Made by a program: the position numbers and the translations under genes. Below are positions 57,153 to 64,000 of a stretch of DNA of 64,000 nt, piece after piece; the stretch's first letter is position 1; the number at the start of each line of letters is the position of its first letter. The notes beneath the pieces were generated by a model. It made no database searches. It was not told the origin of the DNA and saw only the letters and a list, made by a program, of their open reading frames with translations. The stretch is taken from NCBI GenBank assembly GCA_937929835.1, contig CALFUU010000035.1, positions 10,940-74,939 of the forward strand. The letters are read 5' to 3'. This DNA comes from an uncultured Saprospiraceae bacterium (GTDB lineage: Bacteria; Bacteroidota; Bacteroidia; Chitinophagales; Saprospiraceae).

Positions 57153-57490
57153 TACCTGATAATTTCTCCTGATTTCTTAGAATATCTAACCAATTTATCT
57201 CCGTCCAACTTTCGACCTACTCTCGTCCCTTTGCCTGTTTTAGGATCTACAAGTTGAAGATTTGATAAATGAATCGGTTGCTCTACTTCATTAATACCAC
57301 CTGGCTCATCTGCAGTTGGTTTAGTATGTTTCTTAGCGACATTGACACCTTCTACGATGGCTCTGTACTTGCTAGGAATTACTTTTTGCACTTCTCCTGT
57401 AGCACCCTTATTGGCACCAGAAATTACAATTACTGTATCACCCTTCTTGATGTGCAGCTTAGCTGTTTTGTGCGATGTAATACTTTTCAT
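57152..57490 (-). CDS. rplX: 50S ribosomal protein L24
   Basis: It has the KOW motif [21 protein letters not shown]. It overlaps the rplE start by 1 nt. Confidence 0.97.
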   Translation of the reverse strand: MKSITSHKTAKLHIKKGDTVIVISGANKGATGEVQKVIPSKYRAIVEGVNVAKKHTKPTADEPGGINEVEQPIHLSNLQLVDPKTGKGTRVGRKLDGDKLVRYSKKSGEIIR

Positions 57491-57500
57491 CTTTATATTT

Positions 57501-57866
57501 CTAAAGCACTTCTGGTGCTAGTGAAACAATCTTCATATACTCAGCATCTCTCAACTCCCTTGCTACAGGCCCGAATATACGCGTACCTCTAGGCTCATCG
57601 TTTGGCGTCAAAAGAACAACAGCATTATCATCAAATCTGATGTAAGACCCGTCCTTTCTCCTTATCTCCTTTCTGGTTCTTACTATAACTGCTGGAGACA
57701 CAAGGCCTTTCTTAACCCCACCTGGTGAAGCATCTTTAACTGTGACGATGATTTTATCACCGACAGAAGCATACCTTCTCTTAGATCCACCTAGTACTCT
57801 GATACAAAGTACTTCTTTGGCTCCTGAGTTATCTGCTACATTCAGTCGACTCTCTTGCTGTATCAT
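57501..57866 (-). CDS. rplN: 50S ribosomal protein L14
   Basis: It begins [27 protein letters not shown]. Confidence 0.98.
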   Translation of the reverse strand: MIQQESRLNVADNSGAKEVLCIRVLGGSKRRYASVGDKIIVTVKDASPGGVKKGLVSPAVIVRTRKEIRRKDGSYIRFDDNAVVLLTPNDEPRGTRIFGPVARELRDAEYMKIVSLAPEVL

Positions 57867-57875
57867 TGTTTAATA

Positions 57876-58142
57876 TTATTTAGCCTTTTCAATTACTTCA
57901 GTCAGTCTCCATCTCTTTCTTTTACTGAGAGGACGAGACTCTGTGATCTTTACTAGATCTCCTTCATCACATTGGTTCTTATCATCGTGTGCTAAGAACT
58001 TCTTAGATTTCTTTACAAATTTTCCGTAGATCGGGTGACGTAATTTCCTTTCAACGGAAACTGTTATCGTCTTGTCCATCTTAGTACTGGTAACTATACC
58101 AATCCTAGTCTTCTTATTTTTTTGTATTGTTTCAGTGGACAT
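57876..58142 (-). CDS. rpsQ: 30S ribosomal protein S17
   Basis: It has [28 protein letters not shown] and KRWRL. Confidence 0.97.
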   Translation of the reverse strand: MSTETIQKNKKTRIGIVTSTKMDKTITVSVERKLRHPIYGKFVKKSKKFLAHDDKNQCDEGDLVKITESRPLSKRKRWRLTEVIEKAK

Positions 58143-58143
58143 A

Positions 58144-58401
58144 CTATCGTTTTCTTCTTGCGATTTTTTTAGATCTTCCTGACAATTGCTCAGGATTAAG
58201 TTCTGCGATCTCTCTTCTTCTCAGCTCAGTCTTCATTCGCGCTACATCTCTCCTTACTTCCTTGAGAGCAAGTGGATTCTCTAATCCTTTGAGTGTATGA
58301 TCAAACTCTAGTTTCTGATACTGTTTCTGAGTTTCTGCCAACTCATTTTTTAGTTCATCTAGAGCGAACTCTTGTAATTCTATATATTTCTTACTTGGCA
58401 T
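58144..58401 (-). CDS. rpmC: 50S ribosomal protein L29 (with ~20-aa basic C-terminal extension)
   Basis: The operon position lies between rplP and rpsQ. The L29 helical hairpin is present ([20 protein letters not shown]). The extra tail is [17 protein letters not shown]. Confidence 0.93.
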   Translation of the reverse strand: MPSKKYIELQEFALDELKNELAETQKQYQKLEFDHTLKGLENPLALKEVRRDVARMKTELRRREIAELNPEQLSGRSKKIARRKR

Positions 58402-58416
58402 ATCTTAGATACTTTC

Positions 58417-58836
58417 TTATTCTGTATAATCAGGTCTTGTTATCGTTCTAGTCGGGACCGGAAGCTTCTGAGCTGCAAGACGTAGCGCTTCATAGGCTAG
58501 ATCTCTTGGTACTCCATCTAATTCGAACATAATTCTTCCTGCTCTTATCCTAGCAACATAGTGGTCGAGGTTACCCTTACCCTTACCCATCCTTACCTCT
58601 GCAGGCTTTGATGTGATAGGCTTGTCTGGGAATATTCTGATCCACACCTTACCTTGTCTCTGCATATGCCTCGTCATTGCAATCCTCGCTGCTTCTATCT
58701 GTCTATTGGTGATGAAAGCATTTTCCATCGTCTTAAGAGCAAAAGAACCAAATGCAATCGTACTTCCTCGGTGGGCCATCCCTTTGTTCTTGCCCTTGTG
58801 AGTCTTTCTGTATTTTGTACGTTTCGGCTGTAACAT
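58417..58836 (-). CDS. rplP: 50S ribosomal protein L16
   Basis: It begins [15 protein letters not shown] and has RMGKGKGN. Confidence 0.98.
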   Translation of the reverse strand: MLQPKRTKYRKTHKGKNKGMAHRGSTIAFGSFALKTMENAFITNRQIEAARIAMTRHMQRQGKVWIRIFPDKPITSKPAEVRMGKGKGNLDHYVARIRAGRIMFELDGVPRDLAYEALRLAAQKLPVPTRTITRPDYTE

Positions 58837-58905
58837 CTTTTATTTTTTTCCCTTTTTGAAAAGTTTCGCAAAGGTATTACTAATTGCTAATTTATAAACT
58901 GTGGA

Positions 58906-59694
58906 TTAGTTTCGGTTTCTACCGCCGCCGCCGCCTCTGTTGCCGCCGCCGCCTCTGTTACCACCTCTATTATTACCACCACGGCCTCCGCCTCTATTGC
59001 CGCCTCTTCCACCAGCACCTCTTCCGCCTTTAGACTTTCCGTCTCCAACGTTAGGCGATAGATCTCTCTTTCCTAATACCTCTCCTCTACATATCCAACA
59101 CTTGACACCTATCTTTCCATAAACTGTTAAGGCTTCATATAAAGCGTAGTCAATATCGGCTCTGAAAGTGTGCAAAGGCGTTCTTCCGTCTTTGAACTCT
59201 TCGCTTCTTGCCATCTCCGCTCCATTCAATCTTCCACTTACTCTTATCTTGATCCCTTCAGCACCTGCTCTCATTGATGACTGGATAGCCATTTTGATAG
59301 CTCTTCTAAAGTTGACTCTTCCTTCCAGTTGCTTCCCTACTGATTCTGCTACGATAGCTGCATCCAGTTCAGGCTTTCTGATTTCTAGAATGTTAATCTG
59401 TACGTCTTGACCAGTTAACTTTTTCAGCTCTTCACGTATTCTATCTACCTCAGATCCACCTTTTCCGATGATAATACCAGGTCTAGATGTATGAATAGTA
59501 ACGGTTACTCTTTTAAGCGTTCTCTCGATGATAATTCTTGCAATACCACCCTTATTAACTCTGGCAAGAAGGTATCTTCTGATTTTCTCGTCTTCGACAA
59601 CATTCTTAGCGAAATTCTTTCCACCATACCAGTTGGATTCCCATCCTCTGATGATACCTAAACGATTACCTATTGGATTAGTCTTTTGACCCAT
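58906..59694 (-). CDS. rpsC: 30S ribosomal protein S3 with ~45-aa RGG/GN-rich C-terminal tail
   Basis: It begins [14 protein letters not shown] and has a KH domain. The tail is [43 protein letters not shown], encoded by GC-rich near-tandem DNA at 58906-59046. Confidence 0.97.
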   Translation of the reverse strand: MGQKTNPIGNRLGIIRGWESNWYGGKNFAKNVVEDEKIRRYLLARVNKGGIARIIIERTLKRVTVTIHTSRPGIIIGKGGSEVDRIREELKKLTGQDVQINILEIRKPELDAAIVAESVGKQLEGRVNFRRAIKMAIQSSMRAGAEGIKIRVSGRLNGAEMARSEEFKDGRTPLHTFRADIDYALYEALTVYGKIGVKCWICRGEVLGKRDLSPNVGDGKSKGGRGAGGRGGNRGGGRGGNNRGGNRGGGGNRGGGGGRNRN

Positions 59695-59700
59695 TGCTTT

Positions 59701-60087
59701 TTATTCTTCTGTGGTTTCTTGAGAATTATCTTCTTCTATCACCGTTCTGTTGGCTACAACCATCGTCAGGTGATTAGATCTTTTTCTGATTCTGTGTGCT
59801 CTACCGTGTGGAGCTGGTCTGAATCTCTTCAGCATACCTGCCTCATCTACGTGAACACTCTTTATGAAAAGATCATACTCGTCAGCGCTGTATGCCATAT
59901 CCAGCTTGTTCTCCCAGTTGGAGATAGCTGAAAGCAAAGCCTTCTCAGCAAACTCAGAGGCTTCTCTCTTAGAGAATCTCAATATGTTCAATGCCTGGTC
60001 AACAGATTTTCCTCTGATGCTATCCACAACAAAGCGCATCTTTCTTGCTGACAGAGACACATTTTTCAATTTTGATACTGCTTCCAT
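59701..60087 (-). CDS. rplV: 50S ribosomal protein L22
   Basis: It has SARKMRFVVDSIRGKSVDQALNILRF and GRAHRIRKRSNHLT. Confidence 0.97.
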   Translation of the reverse strand: MEAVSKLKNVSLSARKMRFVVDSIRGKSVDQALNILRFSKREASEFAEKALLSAISNWENKLDMAYSADEYDLFIKSVHVDEAGMLKRFRPAPHGRAHRIRKRSNHLTMVVANRTVIEEDNSQETTEE

Positions 60088-60104
60088 AATTAAATGCTCA
60101 GTTA

Positions 60105-60371
60105 TTATTTTCTATTTCCTTGGTGACCTTTGTACGTCCTAGTCGGAGAGAATTCACCCAACTTATGACCTACCATATTCTCCGTCACATATACAGGAAT
60201 AAATGTTTTTCCATTATGAACCGCAATCGTCACTCCAACCATATCAGGGATAACCATTGATGATCTTGACCAAGTCTTAATTACAGACTTCTTTGATGAC
60301 TCTTGTGCTTTTGCAACCTTCACTTGAAGCTTGTGAAACACGTAAGGCCCTTTCCTTAATGATCTAGCCAT
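60105..60371 (-). CDS. rpsS: 30S ribosomal protein S19
   Basis: It begins [11 protein letters not shown] and has [16 protein letters not shown]. Confidence 0.98.
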   Translation of the reverse strand: MARSLRKGPYVFHKLQVKVAKAQESSKKSVIKTWSRSSMVIPDMVGVTIAVHNGKTFIPVYVTENMVGHKLGEFSPTRTYKGHQGNRK

Positions 60372-61207
60372 TACTTGTTATTTGTTTTTCTTCTTGAAAT
60401 GATCAATTTGCTAGAATGCTTCTTAGTATTTCTAGTCTTCTGACCTTTTGCCATAACACCTGTTCTTGATCTAGGGTGACCTCCTGAAGCCTTACCTTCA
60501 CCACCACCCATCGGGTGATCAACTGGATTCATCGCTACACCTCTTACTCTAGGTCTTCTGCCTTTCCATCTGTTTCTACCAGCCTTTCCCATTACAGTAA
60601 GTCCGTGATCTGGATTAGATGTTGTACCTATCGTTGCCTTACAAGTCAATAAGATTCTTCTTACCTCACTACTCGGCATCTTAATGATAGCATACTTCCC
60701 TTCTCTACCCATAAGTGTAGCGTAGGTACCTGCACTTCTTGCCAACTGCGCTCCTTTACCAGGACTCATCTCAATAGCATGTATATCAGAACCTAGAGGG
60801 ATATCACTGAGATACATCGTATTGCCTACCTCTGGAGTAGCTTTTTTACCTGACACTATAGTCCCGCCGACTTTCAAGCCGTTAGGTGCCAATACATATC
60901 TCTTTTCAGAACCGAAATCTACTAGAGCTATGTATGCTGATCTATTCGGATCATACTCGATAGTCTCTACTGTGCCTGTGACACCTTCATTGTCTCTCTT
61001 GAAGTCAATGATCCTAAACTTCTTTTTATGACCACCACCGATGTTTCTAACTGTCATCTTTCCGTCGTGGTTTCTACCACCAGACTTCTTGAGACCTACA
61101 GTCAGTTTCTTATATGGCTTGCTAGACTTACTCGTTAGTTCTGAGTAGGTGTTGCTTACGTGGTGTCTTAATCCCGGTGTTACTGGCTTATGCTTCTTAA
61201 CTGGCAT
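60371..61207 (-). CDS. rplB: 50S ribosomal protein L2
   Basis: It has [15 protein letters not shown] and [14 protein letters not shown]. Confidence 0.98.
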   Translation of the reverse strand: MPVKKHKPVTPGLRHHVSNTYSELTSKSSKPYKKLTVGLKKSGGRNHDGKMTVRNIGGGHKKKFRIIDFKRDNEGVTGTVETIEYDPNRSAYIALVDFGSEKRYVLAPNGLKVGGTIVSGKKATPEVGNTMYLSDIPLGSDIHAIEMSPGKGAQLARSAGTYATLMGREGKYAIIKMPSSEVRRILLTCKATIGTTSNPDHGLTVMGKAGRNRWKGRRPRVRGVAMNPVDHPMGGGEGKASGGHPRSRTGVMAKGQKTRNTKKHSSKLIISRRKTNNK

Positions 61208-61218
61208 CGTTCGTTATA

Positions 61219-61512
61219 TTAAACTTCTCCGAAAAAATCGATTTCCTCTCCATTCGCCAATTTGACGATGGCTTTCTTATAAGAGCTAATGTTTCCCTTC
61301 AAAACACCTGACTTGGTATTTCTAGTCTTGGCTTTACGTGGCATAACCAACGTATTGACAGATGAAACATTGACCGCGTACATTTCTTCTACAGCTTTTC
61401 TGATCTCTACTTTGTTAGCGCTCTTATTCACTACAAAAGAGTATTGACCTTTGTTACCTGACAGTAACTCCGCCTTCTCCGAAATGATTGGTTTTATTAA
61501 TATCTTCTTCAT
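61219..61512 (-). CDS. rplW: 50S ribosomal protein L23
   Basis: It has the PIISEKA...YSFVVNKSANKVEIRKAVEEMY pattern, and the operon position fits. Confidence 0.96.
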   Translation of the reverse strand: MKKILIKPIISEKAELLSGNKGQYSFVVNKSANKVEIRKAVEEMYAVNVSSVNTLVMPRKAKTRNTKSGVLKGNISSYKKAIVKLANGEEIDFFGEV

Positions 61513-61519
61513 AACTTAA

Positions 61520-62146
61520 TTATGATAAGTTTTCTTTGATCTTAGTGATAGCGCTTTCCATCAAGAAAACATTCCCAGCTCTGAGTATATCCAAAGTGCT
61601 AATATTTGTCGCCTCCTTTATAGACGCAGACTTAATGTTTCTTGTAGAGAGCAACAAGTTCTTATCTGCATCTCCATAAACGAAGAGTGCTTTGGTGTTG
61701 CTAGCTTCTAGGCTATTGAGTACATTCTGAAACTCTTTAGTCTTAGGGGCATCAAAGCTGAAGTTTTCGACAACTTTAAGTGCGCCAGCACTTGCCTTTG
61801 CAGATAATGCTGATCTTCTTGCCAAAGCCTTAACCTTCTTGTTCAACTTGACAGTGTAAGTTCTTGGTCTAGGACCAAAAGCTCTACCCCCACCCTTGAA
61901 CAAAGGAGACTTTATGTTACCAGCTCTTGCTGTACCTGTTCCCTTTTGCTTCTTTATCTTCTTGGTAGATCCTTTGATCTCACCTCTTTCTTTAGACTTG
62001 TGTGTGCCTTGTCTAGCATTCGCTTGAATAGATTTTACATCTAGGTACACAGCGTGATCATTTGGCTCAATGCCAAATATGTTGTCTGGTAGATCTATAG
62101 ACCTTCCAGTGGTCTTTCCGTTTATTCCGTAAACTTCAACTTTCAT
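61520..62146 (-). CDS. rplD: 50S ribosomal protein L4
   Basis: It has KQKGTGTARAGNIKSPLFKGGGRAFGPRPR. Confidence 0.97.
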   Translation of the reverse strand: MKVEVYGINGKTTGRSIDLPDNIFGIEPNDHAVYLDVKSIQANARQGTHKSKERGEIKGSTKKIKKQKGTGTARAGNIKSPLFKGGGRAFGPRPRTYTVKLNKKVKALARRSALSAKASAGALKVVENFSFDAPKTKEFQNVLNSLEASNTKALFVYGDADKNLLLSTRNIKSASIKEATNISTLDILRAGNVFLMESAITKIKENLS

Positions 62147-62153
62147 GATAGAT

Positions 62154-62774
62154 CTATTTTTCGATGACTACTAAAGCGCCTTTGTGCCCAGGCACTGACC
62201 CTTTGACCAACATTAAGTTTTTCTCTGCAAATATCTTGACGACGGTCAAATTGGTCGTCTTGACTCTTTTGCCACCCATTCTACCAGCCATTCTCGTGCC
62301 TTTATAGACCTTAGATGGTGTAGAACATGCGCCTATTGCTCCCGGTGCTCTTCCTCGATTGTGCTGACCGTGGGTGGCTTGACCCACACCGCCGAACTTA
62401 TGTCTTTTGACAACACCTTGGAAACCCTTTCCTTTTGATGTACCAATAGCACTGACGACATCGCCCTCTGCAAACACATCTTCTATAGTGACTTTATCAC
62501 CTTGCGCTTTCTCTATATCAGAGTTTCTGAATTCCATGACTTTCACCACAGATTTCAAACCTGCTCTCTTTAAATGACCTCCTAGAGCTTTGTTGATATT
62601 CTTCGGATTCTTCTCACCGAATGCCAATTGCAATGCAGAATATCCATCAGAGTCATCAGACTTAACCTGAGACACGACGTTCGGCGTTACTTCGATAACT
62701 GTACAAGGAATGTTTTTCCCTGCATCATCAAAGAAGCTGGTCATACCGATTTTCTTTCCTATTAATCCGTTCAT
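62154..62774 (-). CDS. rplC: 50S ribosomal protein L3
   Basis: I prefer the ATG at 62774 ([15 protein letters not shown]), which is the canonical L3 N-terminus. The 14 extra upstream codons in the ORF track are unlikely to be translated. Confidence 0.97.
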   Translation of the reverse strand: MNGLIGKKIGMTSFFDDAGKNIPCTVIEVTPNVVSQVKSDDSDGYSALQLAFGEKNPKNINKALGGHLKRAGLKSVVKVMEFRNSDIEKAQGDKVTIEDVFAEGDVVSAIGTSKGKGFQGVVKRHKFGGVGQATHGQHNRGRAPGAIGACSTPSKVYKGTRMAGRMGGKRVKTTNLTVVKIFAEKNLMLVKGSVPGHKGALVVIEK

Positions 62775-62861
62775 ATACTGTACGTGATTTATATGCAAAC
62801 TAATATCAAGGACCACAATGGACCTTACATTAGTACTTTATTAAATATGTGAAAAGGGTGA

Positions 62862-63170
62862 TTAAGTGAGCTTGACCTGAATGTCTACCCCACTAGGTAA
62901 CTCGAGTTTTGACAATGCATCCACCGTCTTTTGAGTCGGCGTATAGATTTCTATGAGTCTCTTATGGGTCCTAAGAGAAAACTGCTCACGAGATTTTTTG
63001 TTTACATGCGGTGATCTGAGCACCGTATGAATTTCTTTATCCGTTGGCAGAGGAATCGGACCAGAGATCACAGCACCACTATTACGTACCGTTTTCACTA
63101 TCTTCTCAGTAGACTTATCAACTAGGTTGTAGTCGTAACTGCGAAGCTTTATTCTAATTTTTTGATTCAT
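62862..63170 (-). CDS. rpsJ: 30S ribosomal protein S10
   Basis: It begins [18 protein letters not shown] and has GPIPLPT and [12 protein letters not shown]. Confidence 0.98.
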   Translation of the reverse strand: MNQKIRIKLRSYDYNLVDKSTEKIVKTVRNSGAVISGPIPLPTDKEIHTVLRSPHVNKKSREQFSLRTHKRLIEIYTPTQKTVDALSKLELPSGVDIQVKLT

Positions 63171-63244
63171 AACCTTTTATATCCATTCGAAAAGGAGCGC
63201 AAATGTACGCTTAATTAATTGTTATAACAAACACTAATTAAGGT

Positions 63245-64000
63245 TTATGCGCTAACTTCTCCTTTTGCTTTTTCAATAACTTCTTTTGCTACACTTTGCG
63301 GTGCTGCAGAATATCTGTCAAATGTCATCGTGCTGCTCGCTCTACCTGAGGTAATTGTTCTCAGTGAAGTCACATAACCAAACATTTCAGATAGTGGAAC
63401 ATCCGCCGAAATAACAACTGCTCCACCTGGTCTTGTATCTTGACCTTTAGGCAATCCTCTTCTTCGGTTGAGGTCACCAATCACAGATCCTACATACTCC
63501 TCTGGTGTCACTACCTCCAGTGCCATAATAGGCTCTAGAAGTACTGGCTTAGCAGATTTTGCTGCAGCCTTAAATCCTTCCTTAGCACAGAGCTCGAAAG
63601 CGATAGGCTTAGAATCCACGTTGTGTGTCGCTCCATCATAAAGCTTGACCTTCATAGAATCGATGCCATATCCAGCAAGGATTCCATTGTTCATCATTGC
63701 ATTGAAGCCTTTGACGATAGATGGGAAGAATTCTTTAGGGATTTTACCCCCTACAATTTTGTTTTCAAACTGAAGCTTAGTCTTACCAGCTTTGAAGTCA
63801 TCAGACTCTAGGAAATCCTCGTCTGCAGGCCCTAGCTCGAATGACATCTGAGCGAAAAGTCCAGATCCACCTGATTGCTTCTTAAGTCTCTCGTTGTGAT
63901 CAACTGTAGCAGTCAGTGCCTCTTTGTATGTTACTTGAGGAGCTCCTTGGTTACACTCAACCTTGAACTCTCTTTTAAGTCTGTCTATGATAATCTCAAG
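63245..64000 (-). CDS. fusA: elongation factor G, C-terminal part (5' end lies outside the window)
   Basis: The frame stays open to nt 64000 (LEIIIDRLKREFKVECNQGAPQVTYKEAL...), so the ATG at 63847 is internal. Domains IV and V are recognisable (EPIMALEVVTPEEYVGSVIGDLNRRRG). Confidence 0.96.
   Translation of the reverse strand, partial: LEIIIDRLKREFKVECNQGAPQVTYKEALTATVDHNERLKKQSGGSGLFAQMSFELGPADEDFLESDDFKAGKTKLQFENKIVGGKIPKEFFPSIVKGFNAMMNNGILAGYGIDSMKVKLYDGATHNVDSKPIAFELCAKEGFKAAAKSAKPVLLEPIMALEVVTPEEYVGSVIGDLNRRRGLPKGQDTRPGGAVVISADVPLSEMFGYVTSLRTITSGRASSTMTFDRYSAAPQSVAKEVIEKAKGEVSA

Noticed and set aside
58940-59122. A proline/leucine-rich 60-aa ORF ([14 protein letters not shown]...) lies on the plus strand.
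   Set aside because: It is simply the reverse-complement reading of the GGN/CGN-rich codons that encode the S3 RGG tail.
62862-64000. There is no tuf gene between fusA and rpsJ.
   Set aside because: This arrangement, with fusA directly followed by rpsJ and tuf elsewhere, is the normal arrangement in Bacteroidota as far as I know. It is not an anomaly.
1-64000. I looked for tRNA or rRNA genes, transposases, integrases, phage genes, toxin-antitoxin pairs and known defence systems.
   Set aside because: I found no T-loop-like GGTTCGAATCC-type sequence or cloverleaf candidate in the intergenic regions. No ORF has DDE, tyrosine-recombinase or serine-recombinase motifs. The only accessory-looking gene is the PF01637-type ATPase, which on its own is not evidence for a defence island.

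Overview
The window looks like a chromosomal segment of a Bacteroidota genome, about 40% GC by eye. Supporting signs are fusA running directly into rpsJ with no tuf between them, TAnnTTTG-type promoter boxes, and many SpII/SpI-exported proteins. The right-hand 16 kb (48.1-64.0 kb, minus strand) is the complete S10-spc-alpha ribosomal protein cluster: fusA 3' end, rpsJ through rplQ, including secY, map, infA, the unlisted 38-aa rpmJ, and rpoA. It is followed by carA-eno-ftsB-like-sucD. The left 48 kb is mostly housekeeping: metG 3' end, lon, bcp, folC, lipA, pfk, coaX, purH, tdk, truA, and a murQ plus Na+/solute symporter pair. Several less ordinary loci are interspersed. (1) At 9.45-16.75 kb there is a tightly coupled six-gene minus-strand operon. 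It encodes a membrane-anchored PspA-like coiled-coil protein, an ABC binding lipoprotein fused to an OmpA peptidoglycan-binding domain, a permease, an ATPase, a MeaB/ArgK G3E GTPase and an M23 peptidase. It is preceded by a 675-bp AT-rich leader containing hairpins and a 20-codon mini-ORF. I regard this operon as the best candidate for an undescribed envelope system. (2) A three-and-a-bit-copy tandem array of a 111-134 bp GC-richer repeat sits beside an operator-like inverted/direct repeat and an orphan PF01637-type ATPase. The whole region is bracketed by two 474-aa paralogous TPR-like exported proteins. (3) A DUF3127 OB-like protein has an SSB-style linker and an acidic ...DFEDLPF tip. (4) A lycopene-cyclase gene has its Rossmann motif upstream of any ATG/GTG/TTG. 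(5) A signal-peptide-bearing peptide deformylase homologue is present. (6) A strong plus-strand intrinsic terminator has no plus-strand gene. I found no tRNA, rRNA, CRISPR array, transposase or integrase. All functional calls rest on motif recognition by eye, and no database search was run.
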